From a virus (taxonomy: Duplodnaviria > Caudoviricetes), in the IMG/VR virus record IMGVR_UViG_3300031566_000036, positions 1 through 57,421 of that record: a DNA stretch of 57,421 bases; one strand, given 5' to 3'. Of this stretch, positions 16,828-26,388 are shown piece after piece. Under the pieces are notes generated by a model. The model saw only the letters and a list, made by a program, of their open reading frames with translations. It did no database searches and had not been told where the DNA came from. Made by a program: the position numbers and the translations under genes. How positions within the stretch are numbered: position 1 is the first letter of the stretch; each line of letters begins with the position of its first letter.

Positions 16828-17410
16828 TAAGCAAAGATTTATTCTTTCGAACTTCACGAGAAGCTTGAAAATGTACGATGATTGGACTTTCAACTTTCTC
16901 ATTCATTGTTTCGTTTATCATACAGTACTCAGGAGGGAGATGATAAAAGTCATCATGTAATATTTTCGCCAAAGACTTTTGGTCCCACACCCGCGGGTTC
17001 TTTTCACATTCTTTTGCCCACTCATCGACAATGCCACGAACTTTTTCATTATTTCTTAAGTAAACCGTTCCGCTTAATACCTCTGCTGGGCATTTCGAGT
17101 TTCTTTGGTACAGCTTACGCTCAAACAAATGAACTGCAACATCACCGTCAAGTGTATCAAATAAAATAGGGTAGGCGCGGAACTCTGCGTCGCAGTCTAC
17201 CCATACAATATCGGTCTCTGGGAAGGCCTTCAAACATGCTGCTAAGAAGGTTGGCTTATAGCATGTATTTTTATACCAGTCCTTTAAGTTAGGGACCCCA
17301 CTGACATGATGGAGGATGCTATGCCGCCTTAAAGACTTCACGAAGTGCTCAGCGTACCGTGCATAAAAAGTTCCGAGTGTATAGTAACTAACTACCATCC
17401 ATTTATTCAT
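16823..17410 (-). CDS. Nucleotide-diphospho-sugar transferase (GT-A fold)
   Basis: KPTFL, WVDCD (DxD), SGTVYL, WDQ, IVHFQASR. Confidence 0.75.
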   Translation of the reverse strand: MNKWMVVSYYTLGTFYARYAEHFVKSLRRHSILHHVSGVPNLKDWYKNTCYKPTFLAACLKAFPETDIVWVDCDAEFRAYPILFDTLDGDVAVHLFERKLYQRNSKCPAEVLSGTVYLRNNEKVRGIVDEWAKECEKNPRVWDQKSLAKILHDDFYHLPPEYCMINETMNEKVESPIIVHFQASREVRKNKSLLK

Positions 17411-17780
17411 TTCGACTCCATGCCCAATCATAAAAGAAATATAGAATTAACTTTGATTGAATGTATGTTAAAGTTATCCACGTCATTTGTTTAACGTCAC
17501 CTGTGACAAAATATGTAATCAGTCCAAGAATGACATTACCTAAAATAACTTCGTAAGTAATGGCTTTGATTGCATATTTGAGTTTAGGTGTCATTTTAGA
17601 TTTTGACCATGCTCGTTCATGTAAGTAAAACACTACAAGGAAAATTCCGTGATGTATCAGTGTAGTCAATGACATTTGTATCCAGTTTCTTGTAAATGCA
17701 TATGTTATTCCAGCTAACCAAAATACACCAATGACTCTCCACATTACGCTTTTTAATATTGACTTTTTATGACTGTCCAT
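17403..17780 (-). CDS. DUF2061-like membrane protein (two repeats)
   Basis: SILKSVMWR..YLHERAW, then AIKAITYE..FFYDWAW. Confidence 0.7.
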   Translation of the reverse strand: MDSHKKSILKSVMWRVIGVFWLAGITYAFTRNWIQMSLTTLIHHGIFLVVFYLHERAWSKSKMTPKLKYAIKAITYEVILGNVILGLITYFVTGDVKQMTWITLTYIQSKLILYFFYDWAWSRNE

Positions 17781-18180
17781 TTTTAATCTCCTTTTTAATG
17801 TGCGTTGAAGAATGTTCAGGAAAATACGGTATACAAATAATACGACCATTCAAATCATTCATCGCTTGCTCAACTTTAGACTCAGGAACATGACTATCAC
17901 TCTCCATTAATATATCTGGCTTTAATGCTAAAATATTTTTTAACGGTGAGTACTCTTTTTGTGCTACAACTAAATCAATGTGTTTAACGCTTCTTGCTAA
18001 TTCGACACGTTCTTCAAACGATATAATGGGTTTTGGCTTTTTCTCCATCGCAGCTTTATCTGTTAAAATACCAACAATCAAACGCCCATCAGGGCCGGCC
18101 ATTGCTTTAGCATTTTGTAGCATTTCTAAATGACCTTTGTGAACGATGTCTAAAACATAGTAAGAATAAACTATAATCAT
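17767..18180 (-). CDS. Cytidylyl/adenylyltransferase (HxGH family)
   Basis: DIVHKGH, LIVGILTD, FEER, HSSTHIK. Confidence 0.85.
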   Translation of the reverse strand: MIIVYSYYVLDIVHKGHLEMLQNAKAMAGPDGRLIVGILTDKAAMEKKPKPIISFEERVELARSVKHIDLVVAQKEYSPLKNILALKPDILMESDSHVPESKVEQAMNDLNGRIICIPYFPEHSSTHIKKEIKNGQS

Positions 18181-19193
18181 TTTACCCACTCAAAATTTAA
18201 CTTTAATTGCTCTACAATGTTTTCGTCAACTCCAGACTCAAACATAAACGTCAGTTCATGATTAAAATAGCTATAGTTTCTTTGAATAAACTTATCGTCT
18301 GGCTCGTGATAAGTTACGTACTTGAAAATAGGGTTTAAGTATTTACAAGCGATTGCTGTTGTTGATTTTTTAGAGTCAATATTTAATCTACAATCCTCAG
18401 TAAAGTAAAAATCATGAATAGGCCAGTCATTATGTACTGCGTAATAATAAAAATCTGTTGCACTGATAAAGTTTGACATGGGCAATACTCTCGCAGGCCT
18501 ATTGTCTTTTATCACTGCCCAAGTTACAAAGTTGTGTTCTTGCGGATAACCTCCAAGCTCAGGAAAACGCCAATGCCCATGGTCACTGAACACCCAAAAT
18601 AACGCGTCAGGCTCATTAAAATTCCAAAGGCCTAAAATCTCTAAGAAATACTTACTTGCTTTTCTTTGTCGAACTTTTAAGTCACTCTCATCCATACTTA
18701 ATTCACAAGCGTCGTGTGCGTGTACGTAATTCAATACGTACATTACATCTTCGTCGCTTGCTTGAATTTTTTCAATATATCTTTGTTGCGAATCAATATC
18801 ATAGTCTACATCGACTCGCGTATAAATGTTTTGATGCCTTAAATACCCAAAGCACCCGCAAAGAGTTGCAGGATTCATCACTTCAAGTTTACAGTTTAAT
18901 TTGAATGGCACTGTATCTTTAAGCCATGACCAATTTGGCAGCGCTTGCTGCGGGCGGTTTATCATTAGCCCGACTGCCTTTGTTACATCTTCGCATGCAT
19001 CCATCCAACTCGTATATCCAATGCCGTGTGATTTTAATTCAGATGAGTGTTTACCAGTGAGCATCTGAGTCATTGTCTCTATCGTAGCACAACCACCTAT
19101 TTGCCTTACCAAGTGACCGCTAACTTTATCCCGCATTTGAAAAACTTCAGAACAAAATGGTAAGCCATCAAATTTTATACAATATATTTTCAT
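18177..19193 (-). CDS. Alkaline phosphatase/sulfatase-superfamily protein
   Basis: N-terminal IKFDG, MLTG, HAHD, FSDHGH. Confidence 0.65.
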   Translation of the reverse strand: MKIYCIKFDGLPFCSEVFQMRDKVSGHLVRQIGGCATIETMTQMLTGKHSSELKSHGIGYTSWMDACEDVTKAVGLMINRPQQALPNWSWLKDTVPFKLNCKLEVMNPATLCGCFGYLRHQNIYTRVDVDYDIDSQQRYIEKIQASDEDVMYVLNYVHAHDACELSMDESDLKVRQRKASKYFLEILGLWNFNEPDALFWVFSDHGHWRFPELGGYPQEHNFVTWAVIKDNRPARVLPMSNFISATDFYYYAVHNDWPIHDFYFTEDCRLNIDSKKSTTAIACKYLNPIFKYVTYHEPDDKFIQRNYSYFNHELTFMFESGVDENIVEQLKLNFEWVK

Positions 19194-19843
19194 TCTTTAA
19201 TTGCAAGGCAATCTCCAGTTATAACATACATATTAGTTTTAAAGTCGCGCCAATGTAAAATTTCAACACTGCTTTCATCATATACTTTAAAACCGTGCGA
19301 GTTTAATAATTCCCATATCTGTTGAAAAGAAATTCCCGCATCGTAAAAGCAAGCACCATATTCAAACTGTACATAATCAATGCGACCTTCATTTAGCATG
19401 TCTTTTGCACCTTCAAGCACAAATAATTCGTTGCCTTCAACATCTATTTTAAGAAAGTTTATTTTAAGTATGCCACGCTCTTTACAATACTCGTCTATCG
19501 TTGTTACATCTATAACTATTTCGTTGGGCTTTAAACTATGTAGCATCTCTAATTCTGAGCTACGCCTAAACTCTGTAGATAGTCTTGGCTCAGACGGGTA
19601 ATAGTAAAAGCAAGTTTGACCAATCCTATTTGACAATGCTAATTTATTATGAATTGCGTTCGTTGTTTTTAATACTTCAAATGAAAAGGGCGACGGCTCA
19701 AACTGATGAATCACTACATCTTCATGGCATTGCAACACCTCGTTGGTCCACTCGCCTACACAAGCGCCGACATCAAACACAACATCATTTGATTTGATAT
19801 ACCGTTCAATGTTTAAAATTTCATTATTTGAAATCGTTGGCAT
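19190..19843 (-). CDS. FkbM-family methyltransferase
   Basis: VFDVGACVG, FEP, LKIDVEGNE, QFEYG. Confidence 0.9.
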   Translation of the reverse strand: MPTISNNEILNIERYIKSNDVVFDVGACVGEWTNEVLQCHEDVVIHQFEPSPFSFEVLKTTNAIHNKLALSNRIGQTCFYYYPSEPRLSTEFRRSSELEMLHSLKPNEIVIDVTTIDEYCKERGILKINFLKIDVEGNELFVLEGAKDMLNEGRIDYVQFEYGACFYDAGISFQQIWELLNSHGFKVYDESSVEILHWRDFKTNMYVITGDCLAIKE

Positions 19844-20394
19844 TATAGTACCTTTGCTAAAATTATATCTTTTGGAAAGTGTGAACTGTCGATGTTTGTT
19901 ATTTCATACGCGGGATTTATTTCTTTGAGCTTTGCGACTATCGTCTCTTCATGAAGATTGTGCCAAGTAGGCTTATCTCCAGTAAAGATGCGTCGGTCGT
20001 CAATAAGAATCGTATGAGTTTTAATCGGATGATTTTTAATCGCTTCCAACTCTTGTAGCACAGGTTGCGCTTCTGTTAAAATTTCTGGGTTGTCTGACTC
20101 TGGAATGTTCGCGTCATAATGCGCATCAAGCCAAAATAAAATAGGATCGTTTATATTTTTTAATAATTCGGCTAAAACCTCACCACTGTTTCCTTGAAGT
20201 ACTTTCACGTAAGCTACGCTTTTGAATCTTGCACGACATCGCCCGAGTCTGTTCGCGTAAAACTCAATACTGTAAATAGAGTTAAACCCAGCATCGACGG
20301 CCGCTTGAATTCCGTCGCCGATATACGAACCTGTTTCAATGAAAGTTTTTATACTTCCCTTATGTGCCTTAAATATTTCACTTGTCACTGGCAT
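19843..20394 (-). CDS. SAM-dependent methyltransferase-like protein
   Basis: FIETGSYIGDG, SIE, GNS, FWLDAH, ILIDD. Start MPVTS. Confidence 0.7.
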   Translation of the reverse strand: MPVTSEIFKAHKGSIKTFIETGSYIGDGIQAAVDAGFNSIYSIEFYANRLGRCRARFKSVAYVKVLQGNSGEVLAELLKNINDPILFWLDAHYDANIPESDNPEILTEAQPVLQELEAIKNHPIKTHTILIDDRRIFTGDKPTWHNLHEETIVAKLKEINPAYEITNIDSSHFPKDIILAKVL

Positions 20395-20404
20395 GTGTTT
20401 CCTT

Positions 20405-21091
20405 TCATAAATGAATGTAAGTGTGTAATTTTGAATGACGGAACATTGATAAAGCTCCATCGACATAAAGAACTGTTGAAGGTTTTCTTATTGCTGCGGC
20501 TAAAGTAATAGAGCCAGTAAGCACACCATAAAAGTGCTTGCACGAATATATAATATCACAAAGGTGACACAAATTATCCGCATGAATAGTTTTAACATCG
20601 AATGGCGCGCTTTTCCGAAAAAGTGACTTCATTTGGTGTGTTACTGCTACGCTGTTATTCTTAAAATACGTTCTGAGTGTTTTTTGATTCGGGATTCCTT
20701 TGCCACTAAAACTATTCCATTCTAAAATTATTGCATCTTTTAATTCGGGTATCAATTTTGGCTTGTAGTAAACCTCAGGTTCTTGAAAACGAATGCCTGT
20801 ATCGGGCACTCCATAAAAGTCAGACACTGCATCGAGAAGATTTTTACCTTCAGTTACTTCCCCGAATTGTGGGTATATAACATCATCATCAACAAACCCG
20901 TCAAAGAATGGATTTAATTCCCATACTAAATGTTTTGTTTCTGGGTTCAAAAACTTTGAAGAGTTAGTCACTACGACTTTGTCAAACACACCACTCTCTT
21001 TTGCAACACGAGGTAGGTGTGACATAAACAAATGGTCACCGAGTCCGCCGTATGGATTTTTAATAACTAATGTTTTAATTTTTTTACCCAA
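20405..21091 (-). CDS. Glycosyltransferase-like protein (GT9-like)
   Basis: GGLGD at the N-terminus; G..TG..LAAA..KPS at the C-terminus. Confidence 0.6.
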   Translation of the reverse strand: MGKKIKTLVIKNPYGGLGDHLFMSHLPRVAKESGVFDKVVVTNSSKFLNPETKHLVWELNPFFDGFVDDDVIYPQFGEVTEGKNLLDAVSDFYGVPDTGIRFQEPEVYYKPKLIPELKDAIILEWNSFSGKGIPNQKTLRTYFKNNSVAVTHQMKSLFRKSAPFDVKTIHADNLCHLCDIIYSCKHFYGVLTGSITLAAAIRKPSTVLYVDGALSMFRHSKLHTYIHL

Positions 21092-22053
21092 TAATTCAGT
21101 AAGTCACTCATAGTTGTTTCTAACGAGTATTGTTGTTGCCAATCAATTACACTTTTTAATCGAGTGAGGTCACCAATTTGAATCTCAATATCAATCGGTC
21201 GATAAAATGGTTTATGTATAACTTGCTCAATACCTTTCAATCCGGATGCTGCGATTAGCAAATCAGTAAAATGCTGCATCTCATGAACGCCTTCACCGCA
21301 AACATTATAAACTCCGCGGATTCTTTTTGACATAAGTAAGTAATATGCGTTTACGCAATCTCTAACGTCCATTACTACTCTTTTTGTTTTGAGATTTCCA
21401 ATTAACAGTTTATAATTAAATCCTTGCTGCCCGTTCATCATCTTTGCAATTTGAAACGCGTCACTGCTTATCGAAAAGTTATGCCCGCGCCTTGGACCCG
21501 TGTGACTAAAGGCCCGCGTGATAAAACCTGAGATGATTCCATTTCTTATTCGCTCTTGCACGTATAGGTCCATCGCAGCTTTACTAACGGCGTACGGATT
21601 TATGGGATGCAACGCCATGTCTTCTTTTAATAATCCAACTGTTTTACAGTCGTTGCCGTATACTTCAGATGTAGAGCAGAAATGGAAGTGACACGTAGTC
21701 TGTGTTTTCTCTATTGCATCAATTAAATTCGCTGTTCCCATCACGTTTGAATTAAAAGTGTCTATTGGATTTTTGAAACTTGTAGGTGGATGACTCTGTG
21801 CGGCTAAATGAAAAACGCCATCTAACTCAATTTCAGACAATGCTTGCCGTATTGATGCATAATTTGTCAAGTCACCATATACCCAATTGATTGTATTTAT
21901 TTCGTGGGCGCTAAGAATGTCTAACAAGTCCATTTCTCTGCCGTTGCTGCCACGAATCAGACCATAAACTTTATCGCCTTTACTTAATAGGAGTTTAGCT
22001 AAGTGCGGTCCTGCAAATCCAGTGGTGCCCGTAATTAAATAGTTCATTATCAC
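21067..22053 (-). CDS. GDP-mannose 4,6-dehydratase / NAD-dependent epimerase
   Basis: ITGTTGFAG, HLAAQS, STSEVYG, YAVSK, DVRD. Confidence 0.9.
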   Translation of the reverse strand: MIMNYLITGTTGFAGPHLAKLLLSKGDKVYGLIRGSNGREMDLLDILSAHEINTINWVYGDLTNYASIRQALSEIELDGVFHLAAQSHPPTSFKNPIDTFNSNVMGTANLIDAIEKTQTTCHFHFCSTSEVYGNDCKTVGLLKEDMALHPINPYAVSKAAMDLYVQERIRNGIISGFITRAFSHTGPRRGHNFSISSDAFQIAKMMNGQQGFNYKLLIGNLKTKRVVMDVRDCVNAYYLLMSKRIRGVYNVCGEGVHEMQHFTDLLIAASGLKGIEQVIHKPFYRPIDIEIQIGDLTRLKSVIDWQQQYSLETTMSDLLNYWVKKLKH

Positions 22054-22784
22054 TTTCCAAAAATAAAGTTATTGTTGCATGCTACAATCGATGATTCATT
22101 TCCTTCTACAAACTCAACGTCGTTCAACCCAACTTTGTTTCCGACTACTGGACTGTATACTTTGTTCTTATTAAAAAATCCCGCCCAAAAACTAAAAGTT
22201 GAATTTGCTCTAAACAAATGTTCAGCACTTATCATTTCAAAAAAGTCCGGCAAAAACATTAAGTCACCGTCTAAGTCTCGCCATTTCACTTGCGTTTCTT
22301 CCGTCTTTAAAAAAACATCATGTTCTCGAACACCAAACTTTTCAAAAGCTCTTTGATATGATAACATAGACACAATACAAAAAACATTCGCGTATAAAGT
22401 CTGGTAGTCACCGCGTCGCATGTGAGCAACAGCATATGACTTTAAATTAACAAAGTACTCAAGCCACTTATCTTGGAACGTAAACCATTCACGAAGTTTA
22501 GCCTCAGATAAAATATTTATGAATTCTTGTTTTTGAAAATAGCCGAACAAATCAATATTGACTTCGCCAAATAGAACTTTATCAACTGGTGTTCTTTTAA
22601 GACGCTTAGAGATAGGCCGATGCGAAACGTTCTTAAAAATCTTTTCGCCAATCCAGCTTGGAATTTCTAAAGTACAGTTATACTTTTCAGCGTACGCTCT
22701 TGCAAACGCGTACTGAAACATTTGATTGCCGAACCGACCAAATTTTCCTAACTGCGTAAATTGTATTATGTTATGCGCCGACAT
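22050..22784 (-). CDS. Alpha-1,2-fucosyltransferase-like protein (GT11)
   Basis: GRFGNQMFQYA, GYFQ, HMRRGDY, NSTFSFW. Confidence 0.85.
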   Translation of the reverse strand: MSAHNIIQFTQLGKFGRFGNQMFQYAFARAYAEKYNCTLEIPSWIGEKIFKNVSHRPISKRLKRTPVDKVLFGEVNIDLFGYFQKQEFINILSEAKLREWFTFQDKWLEYFVNLKSYAVAHMRRGDYQTLYANVFCIVSMLSYQRAFEKFGVREHDVFLKTEETQVKWRDLDGDLMFLPDFFEMISAEHLFRANSTFSFWAGFFNKNKVYSPVVGNKVGLNDVEFVEGNESSIVACNNNFIFGK

Positions 22785-23355
22785 CGATTAATGAACCCTC
22801 TGTACGGTTATGATTAAATGCGCTCTTTTTCATTAGGCAATAATTAAGTTGCCGGTATAGAAATAAATCCCACGGCGTCCCATCATATTCATACTGAACT
22901 AATTCCTCAACAACTCTTCGAGGGATTAAGTACGCTAACGCAGCGACAATCCATTCTGAACCTCTGTTCTTCGGTTTTATAAAGTCGGCATTAACTGCAT
23001 CAAAAATCTCTGGAATAAAACCTCGCCCATGAAATGAAACCATTTCAAATGTTTCAAGTAACTTGACTGAGTCACTAACAACTTTTAACCAATCCTCTCT
23101 ATTCGGAACCGCATCATCTTCAAAAACTAAAATCGCATCTTTTGTTGATTTCGCAATCGCATCTTGGTGTCCGCGTAAACATCGCCAAGCTCCGAGATGA
23201 TTTTGAACTAACCCACCAACTTTAGGTTTGAAGTGTGGATTTAATTCGTAGTCAGGTGTAACGCTAACGATAGCATCAAGACCGTCGAGGTATTGCGTGA
23301 TTAATGGCTTTCGTTTTGCAGATGTCACTACTACGATGTCGAAGTTATCAGGCAT
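22771..23355 (-). CDS. Glycosyltransferase (GT25-like)
   Basis: GAWRCLRGH, LVFEDDA, AYLI..D. Confidence 0.7.
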   Translation of the reverse strand: MPDNFDIVVVTSAKRKPLITQYLDGLDAIVSVTPDYELNPHFKPKVGGLVQNHLGAWRCLRGHQDAIAKSTKDAILVFEDDAVPNREDWLKVVSDSVKLLETFEMVSFHGRGFIPEIFDAVNADFIKPKNRGSEWIVAALAYLIPRRVVEELVQYEYDGTPWDLFLYRQLNYCLMKKSAFNHNRTEGSLIDVGA

Positions 23356-24181
23356 AGAGTTCCTTAACCATGTTGGAGATGTCACTGTTTATAATGTTTG
23401 CGAGTTCAATAATTTGTGAAGGCTGTGCATCGTACGGTTGCCCTGTAAAACTTGGGGCAATCGAATTGCTATACACAAGCGCATCGATGTTGCACTCAGA
23501 GGGCCTTACATTTTCGTACTCACTCTCTTTTACTAATACTGCTGGGTAGCCCACAATTGTTAATGGCGCGGTTAACTGCGGGCAGTCCATTGAGTACTTA
23601 TAAAATCCGCACGCTCCGAAAAAGTCTCGGAGTAACGCTTGGTCGCAACCCCAGTCCCAGTTCTTACACTTATCAATGTGCTTCGCACCCCACTCTAAAT
23701 AACATTGAAACGTTGGCGCTGCGCCTATGATTTTTGGCTTTACTTTTTGGCACTTAAACTCGCATAGCCCAGCCATGTATGGGACGGTATGTAAATGATA
23801 CGCTCGAATGCTATGTATAAAAGTTTCATCATGAAAGCCAAACCATTCTGTAGCTCTTCTCTCTCTTAAGCTTGTTATTGAATCCAAGTCCCGGCATAGC
23901 AAAAGTCCAACGTCGTCTTCCCATATTGGTTTTACGCGATAGCAGGTTAACTTCGTTCCTACAATCGGCTCATCGATTATCTCTATCTCGACTAACTCAG
24001 GAAACTTTTCTGCGAGTGACACTATGAATGGGTAAAATCTCGATGCCTTTCCACTCTCGTGTAAGTATAGCCGAGTGACGAACCCTTGATATATCGCAGA
24101 GTTCGCAATGATTGCATACGTTAAATCAATCCACCGCTTATCTTCGTCACCCCATAGTACATATGATATTACATTTTTCAT
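23348..24181 (-). CDS. Glycan-related hypothetical protein (possible glycosyltransferase)
   Basis: VISYVLWG, RDLDS..RE, DQALL; lies within the sugar cluster. Confidence 0.55.
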   Translation of the reverse strand: MKNVISYVLWGDEDKRWIDLTYAIIANSAIYQGFVTRLYLHESGKASRFYPFIVSLAEKFPELVEIEIIDEPIVGTKLTCYRVKPIWEDDVGLLLCRDLDSITSLRERRATEWFGFHDETFIHSIRAYHLHTVPYMAGLCEFKCQKVKPKIIGAAPTFQCYLEWGAKHIDKCKNWDWGCDQALLRDFFGACGFYKYSMDCPQLTAPLTIVGYPAVLVKESEYENVRPSECNIDALVYSNSIAPSFTGQPYDAQPSQIIELANIINSDISNMVKELYA

Positions 24182-24843
24182 TTTGGAAATCCTGCCGCCT
24201 TTCGTCGTTGATAAGTTACTTTATCCGGTGAGCCCATGCTTGAGTTTCGTCGATACAAATCGTCCTTGTTTTTTCCATCACCTTTCCATTCATGCTTAAT
24301 GACCACGAATGAATCGTAGTGACAACGCTTTAACGCATAAACTACATCAGTGAATTCATTATCACAAAAGAAACTTTTATAGTCAGGATGATATACATAA
24401 CCAAACCTTTCGTACATCTTCCTTCCCATTATCGACAAAGTGATAGTTCGGTCTTCTCCAAGAAACCCATCGTTGAAATGCAATGCGCCATCGGTATCGG
24501 GGTAATGCATCCTCATCATTTGAGCGATTGTGTGGTCGAAGTTTTTAGCCGCTGGAATCATGTCATCAGAAACTAATACTAAAATATCCCAGTCTTTAAC
24601 AAGTTCCATATCTGCGTTGCAAGCTGCAATCTTATTTGCATTTCTTCCAAAGTTATAAACTAAGTTTGGCATTTTATCCATGAACGTCCTCATCGTCGGA
24701 TTGTTCATAAGATCATCGTCTATATCACACGTTACCAAAAACTCAAAGTCGCAATGCTTGCTCATCATACCATAATAAGTGAGAAGAGTATTCTTGAACC
24801 AATTCGGTCGAGCTCTTGTTGGATACTTGAAAAGAATTTTCAT
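24178..24843 (-). CDS. Glycosyltransferase (GT2-like)
   Basis: PTRAR, DIDD, KIAACN, SDDM, FCDNE. Confidence 0.75.
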   Translation of the reverse strand: MKILFKYPTRARPNWFKNTLLTYYGMMSKHCDFEFLVTCDIDDDLMNNPTMRTFMDKMPNLVYNFGRNANKIAACNADMELVKDWDILVLVSDDMIPAAKNFDHTIAQMMRMHYPDTDGALHFNDGFLGEDRTITLSIMGRKMYERFGYVYHPDYKSFFCDNEFTDVVYALKRCHYDSFVVIKHEWKGDGKNKDDLYRRNSSMGSPDKVTYQRRKAAGFPK

Positions 24844-24847
24844 TTTC

Positions 24848-25408
24848 TTAGCTTGCATAATAGTAATAAAGCGTCCCAGATATTTTCTCTTCTGTTTTTA
24901 ATAATGAAAACACTTGCGTGGAAAAATCATAATCCTCGCCCATGTTTTTACGGGCAAACCCGACTTGCAATGCGATGCTTCGCTTTATTGAGTTTAAATG
25001 ATTCGGACACCGATAATAAATTCCGTTGTTTGAAAACCAATGGTCATACTCAATTGAATGCTTAAAAATATCTGTCTGCATTTTCTTAGCATTCTTTGGG
25101 CCCATCATGTGTTCAATCTCACCTTGTAGACTACAACAGTCGGGTTTTGTTTTTATCGCGGCTAAAATTTTACTGATGTAATCGTCACTCACTAAATCAT
25201 CGTCATCAACAAATGCTACGTAGTCACCCGTTGCTCGTGACAATAATTTATTTCTTTTTTCTCCGATGGTCATTTCGCGATTGTCGATTTCAGTAATGAT
25301 TTCGACTTCATCAGACATTTGAACTTTCAAATGTACTAATAACCTGTGCAAAAGTTTTGCACGTTCGGTTATAGAACAAATTAAAATTGACAATCGTTTA
25401 TGCATCAT
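24848..25408 (-). CDS. Glycosyltransferase family 2
   Basis: LSILICS, GEKRN, YVAFVDDDD, GED. Confidence 0.88.
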   Translation of the reverse strand: MMHKRLSILICSITERAKLLHRLLVHLKVQMSDEVEIITEIDNREMTIGEKRNKLLSRATGDYVAFVDDDDLVSDDYISKILAAIKTKPDCCSLQGEIEHMMGPKNAKKMQTDIFKHSIEYDHWFSNNGIYYRCPNHLNSIKRSIALQVGFARKNMGEDYDFSTQVFSLLKTEEKISGTLYYYYAS

Positions 25409-25508
25409 CCATGTCCTTTCCAAGAGGTTTTGATGAGAATGTATATAATTATATGGTTGGTTATCTTTAAGTCATCTACGGGTCTTCCAGGGCGCTTAAA
25501 CCTCGTGT

Positions 25509-26126
25509 TTATAGTGGTTCATATGGGATGGTTGAATTTAACCGGCTTATCTTCGACCGACTAATCACTTTAATACTTGTTTGGTCTTTCAAAATGTTTA
25601 ATGCAAGTACAAAATTCTTATAGAACTTTTCAAACGCGTTAGCAGAAATTTGTTTAGTCGTCCCGTAATATTGATGATAGTATTTTCCACCCATATCAAA
25701 GCCCAATAAATGAATTTCATCGTATCCTAATAACACGGCTAATTGCAGCGCACAAAACCCACTGTTGTATCCCGTTCTAAAATCACTAAATGAAAAACCA
25801 ATTCCTTCAACGCCCGCATTACGAATCACCATGTTCATACAAAACAAGTTATATACGAACCCATCTTTATGCACAAACTTCCCATCGCGAAATTTCATTG
25901 AGCAATGTTCGGGATTCGTAACTAAAACCCATGTAGTATTAACGTCTTTGAAACGGCCCTCTTGCACTCTACGAAATATTGAAGAATCTGCAGTAATACA
26001 ATATGTTGGATTTGGCACGTCGAGCGCTGAAACATTTACAGCGATTGTGTCCTCGTTTTTTAATTTACTAAAGTCATAACCACTTAAACTTTTTCCACCA
26101 CCTACAATATATACTTTCCTGACCAT
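25509..26126 (-). CDS. DUF115/MptE-like (GT-A-related) protein, paralog 1
   Basis: IVGGGKSL, IAVN, NSG..ALQLA..LG..IHLLGFD. Confidence 0.7.
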   Translation of the reverse strand: MVRKVYIVGGGKSLSGYDFSKLKNEDTIAVNVSALDVPNPTYCITADSSIFRRVQEGRFKDVNTTWVLVTNPEHCSMKFRDGKFVHKDGFVYNLFCMNMVIRNAGVEGIGFSFSDFRTGYNSGFCALQLAVLLGYDEIHLLGFDMGGKYYHQYYGTTKQISANAFEKFYKNFVLALNILKDQTSIKVISRSKISRLNSTIPYEPL

Positions 26127-26136
26127 CGAATTCTCC

Positions 26137-26367
26137 AACTTTATACAGTGAAACTTTGATGCAATTTTCTAATCGGTCGGGAACTACCGAAATCTCTATT
26201 TATTTATATTGATATAACCATATATAAATACAGTAATTAAAAATGCTTTGTTATTATTATTATTATTATATATTATATAGTTATCAAACAATATCGAAAG
26301 ATAAATAACAAAACTGGAATTCTCTGTTCAATTTGAAAATTGCACAACTGTTTCACTGTATAAAGTT
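26137..26367. repeat. 33-bp inverted repeats flanking an AT-rich core (candidate replication origin)
   Basis: AACTTTATACAGTGAAAC-N5-TGCAATTTTC at 26137-26169 and its inverse at 26335-26367. The core contains a (TTA)n run. Confidence 0.8.
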
Positions 26368-26388
26368 CATAAAACGTTTATCGAAAAT

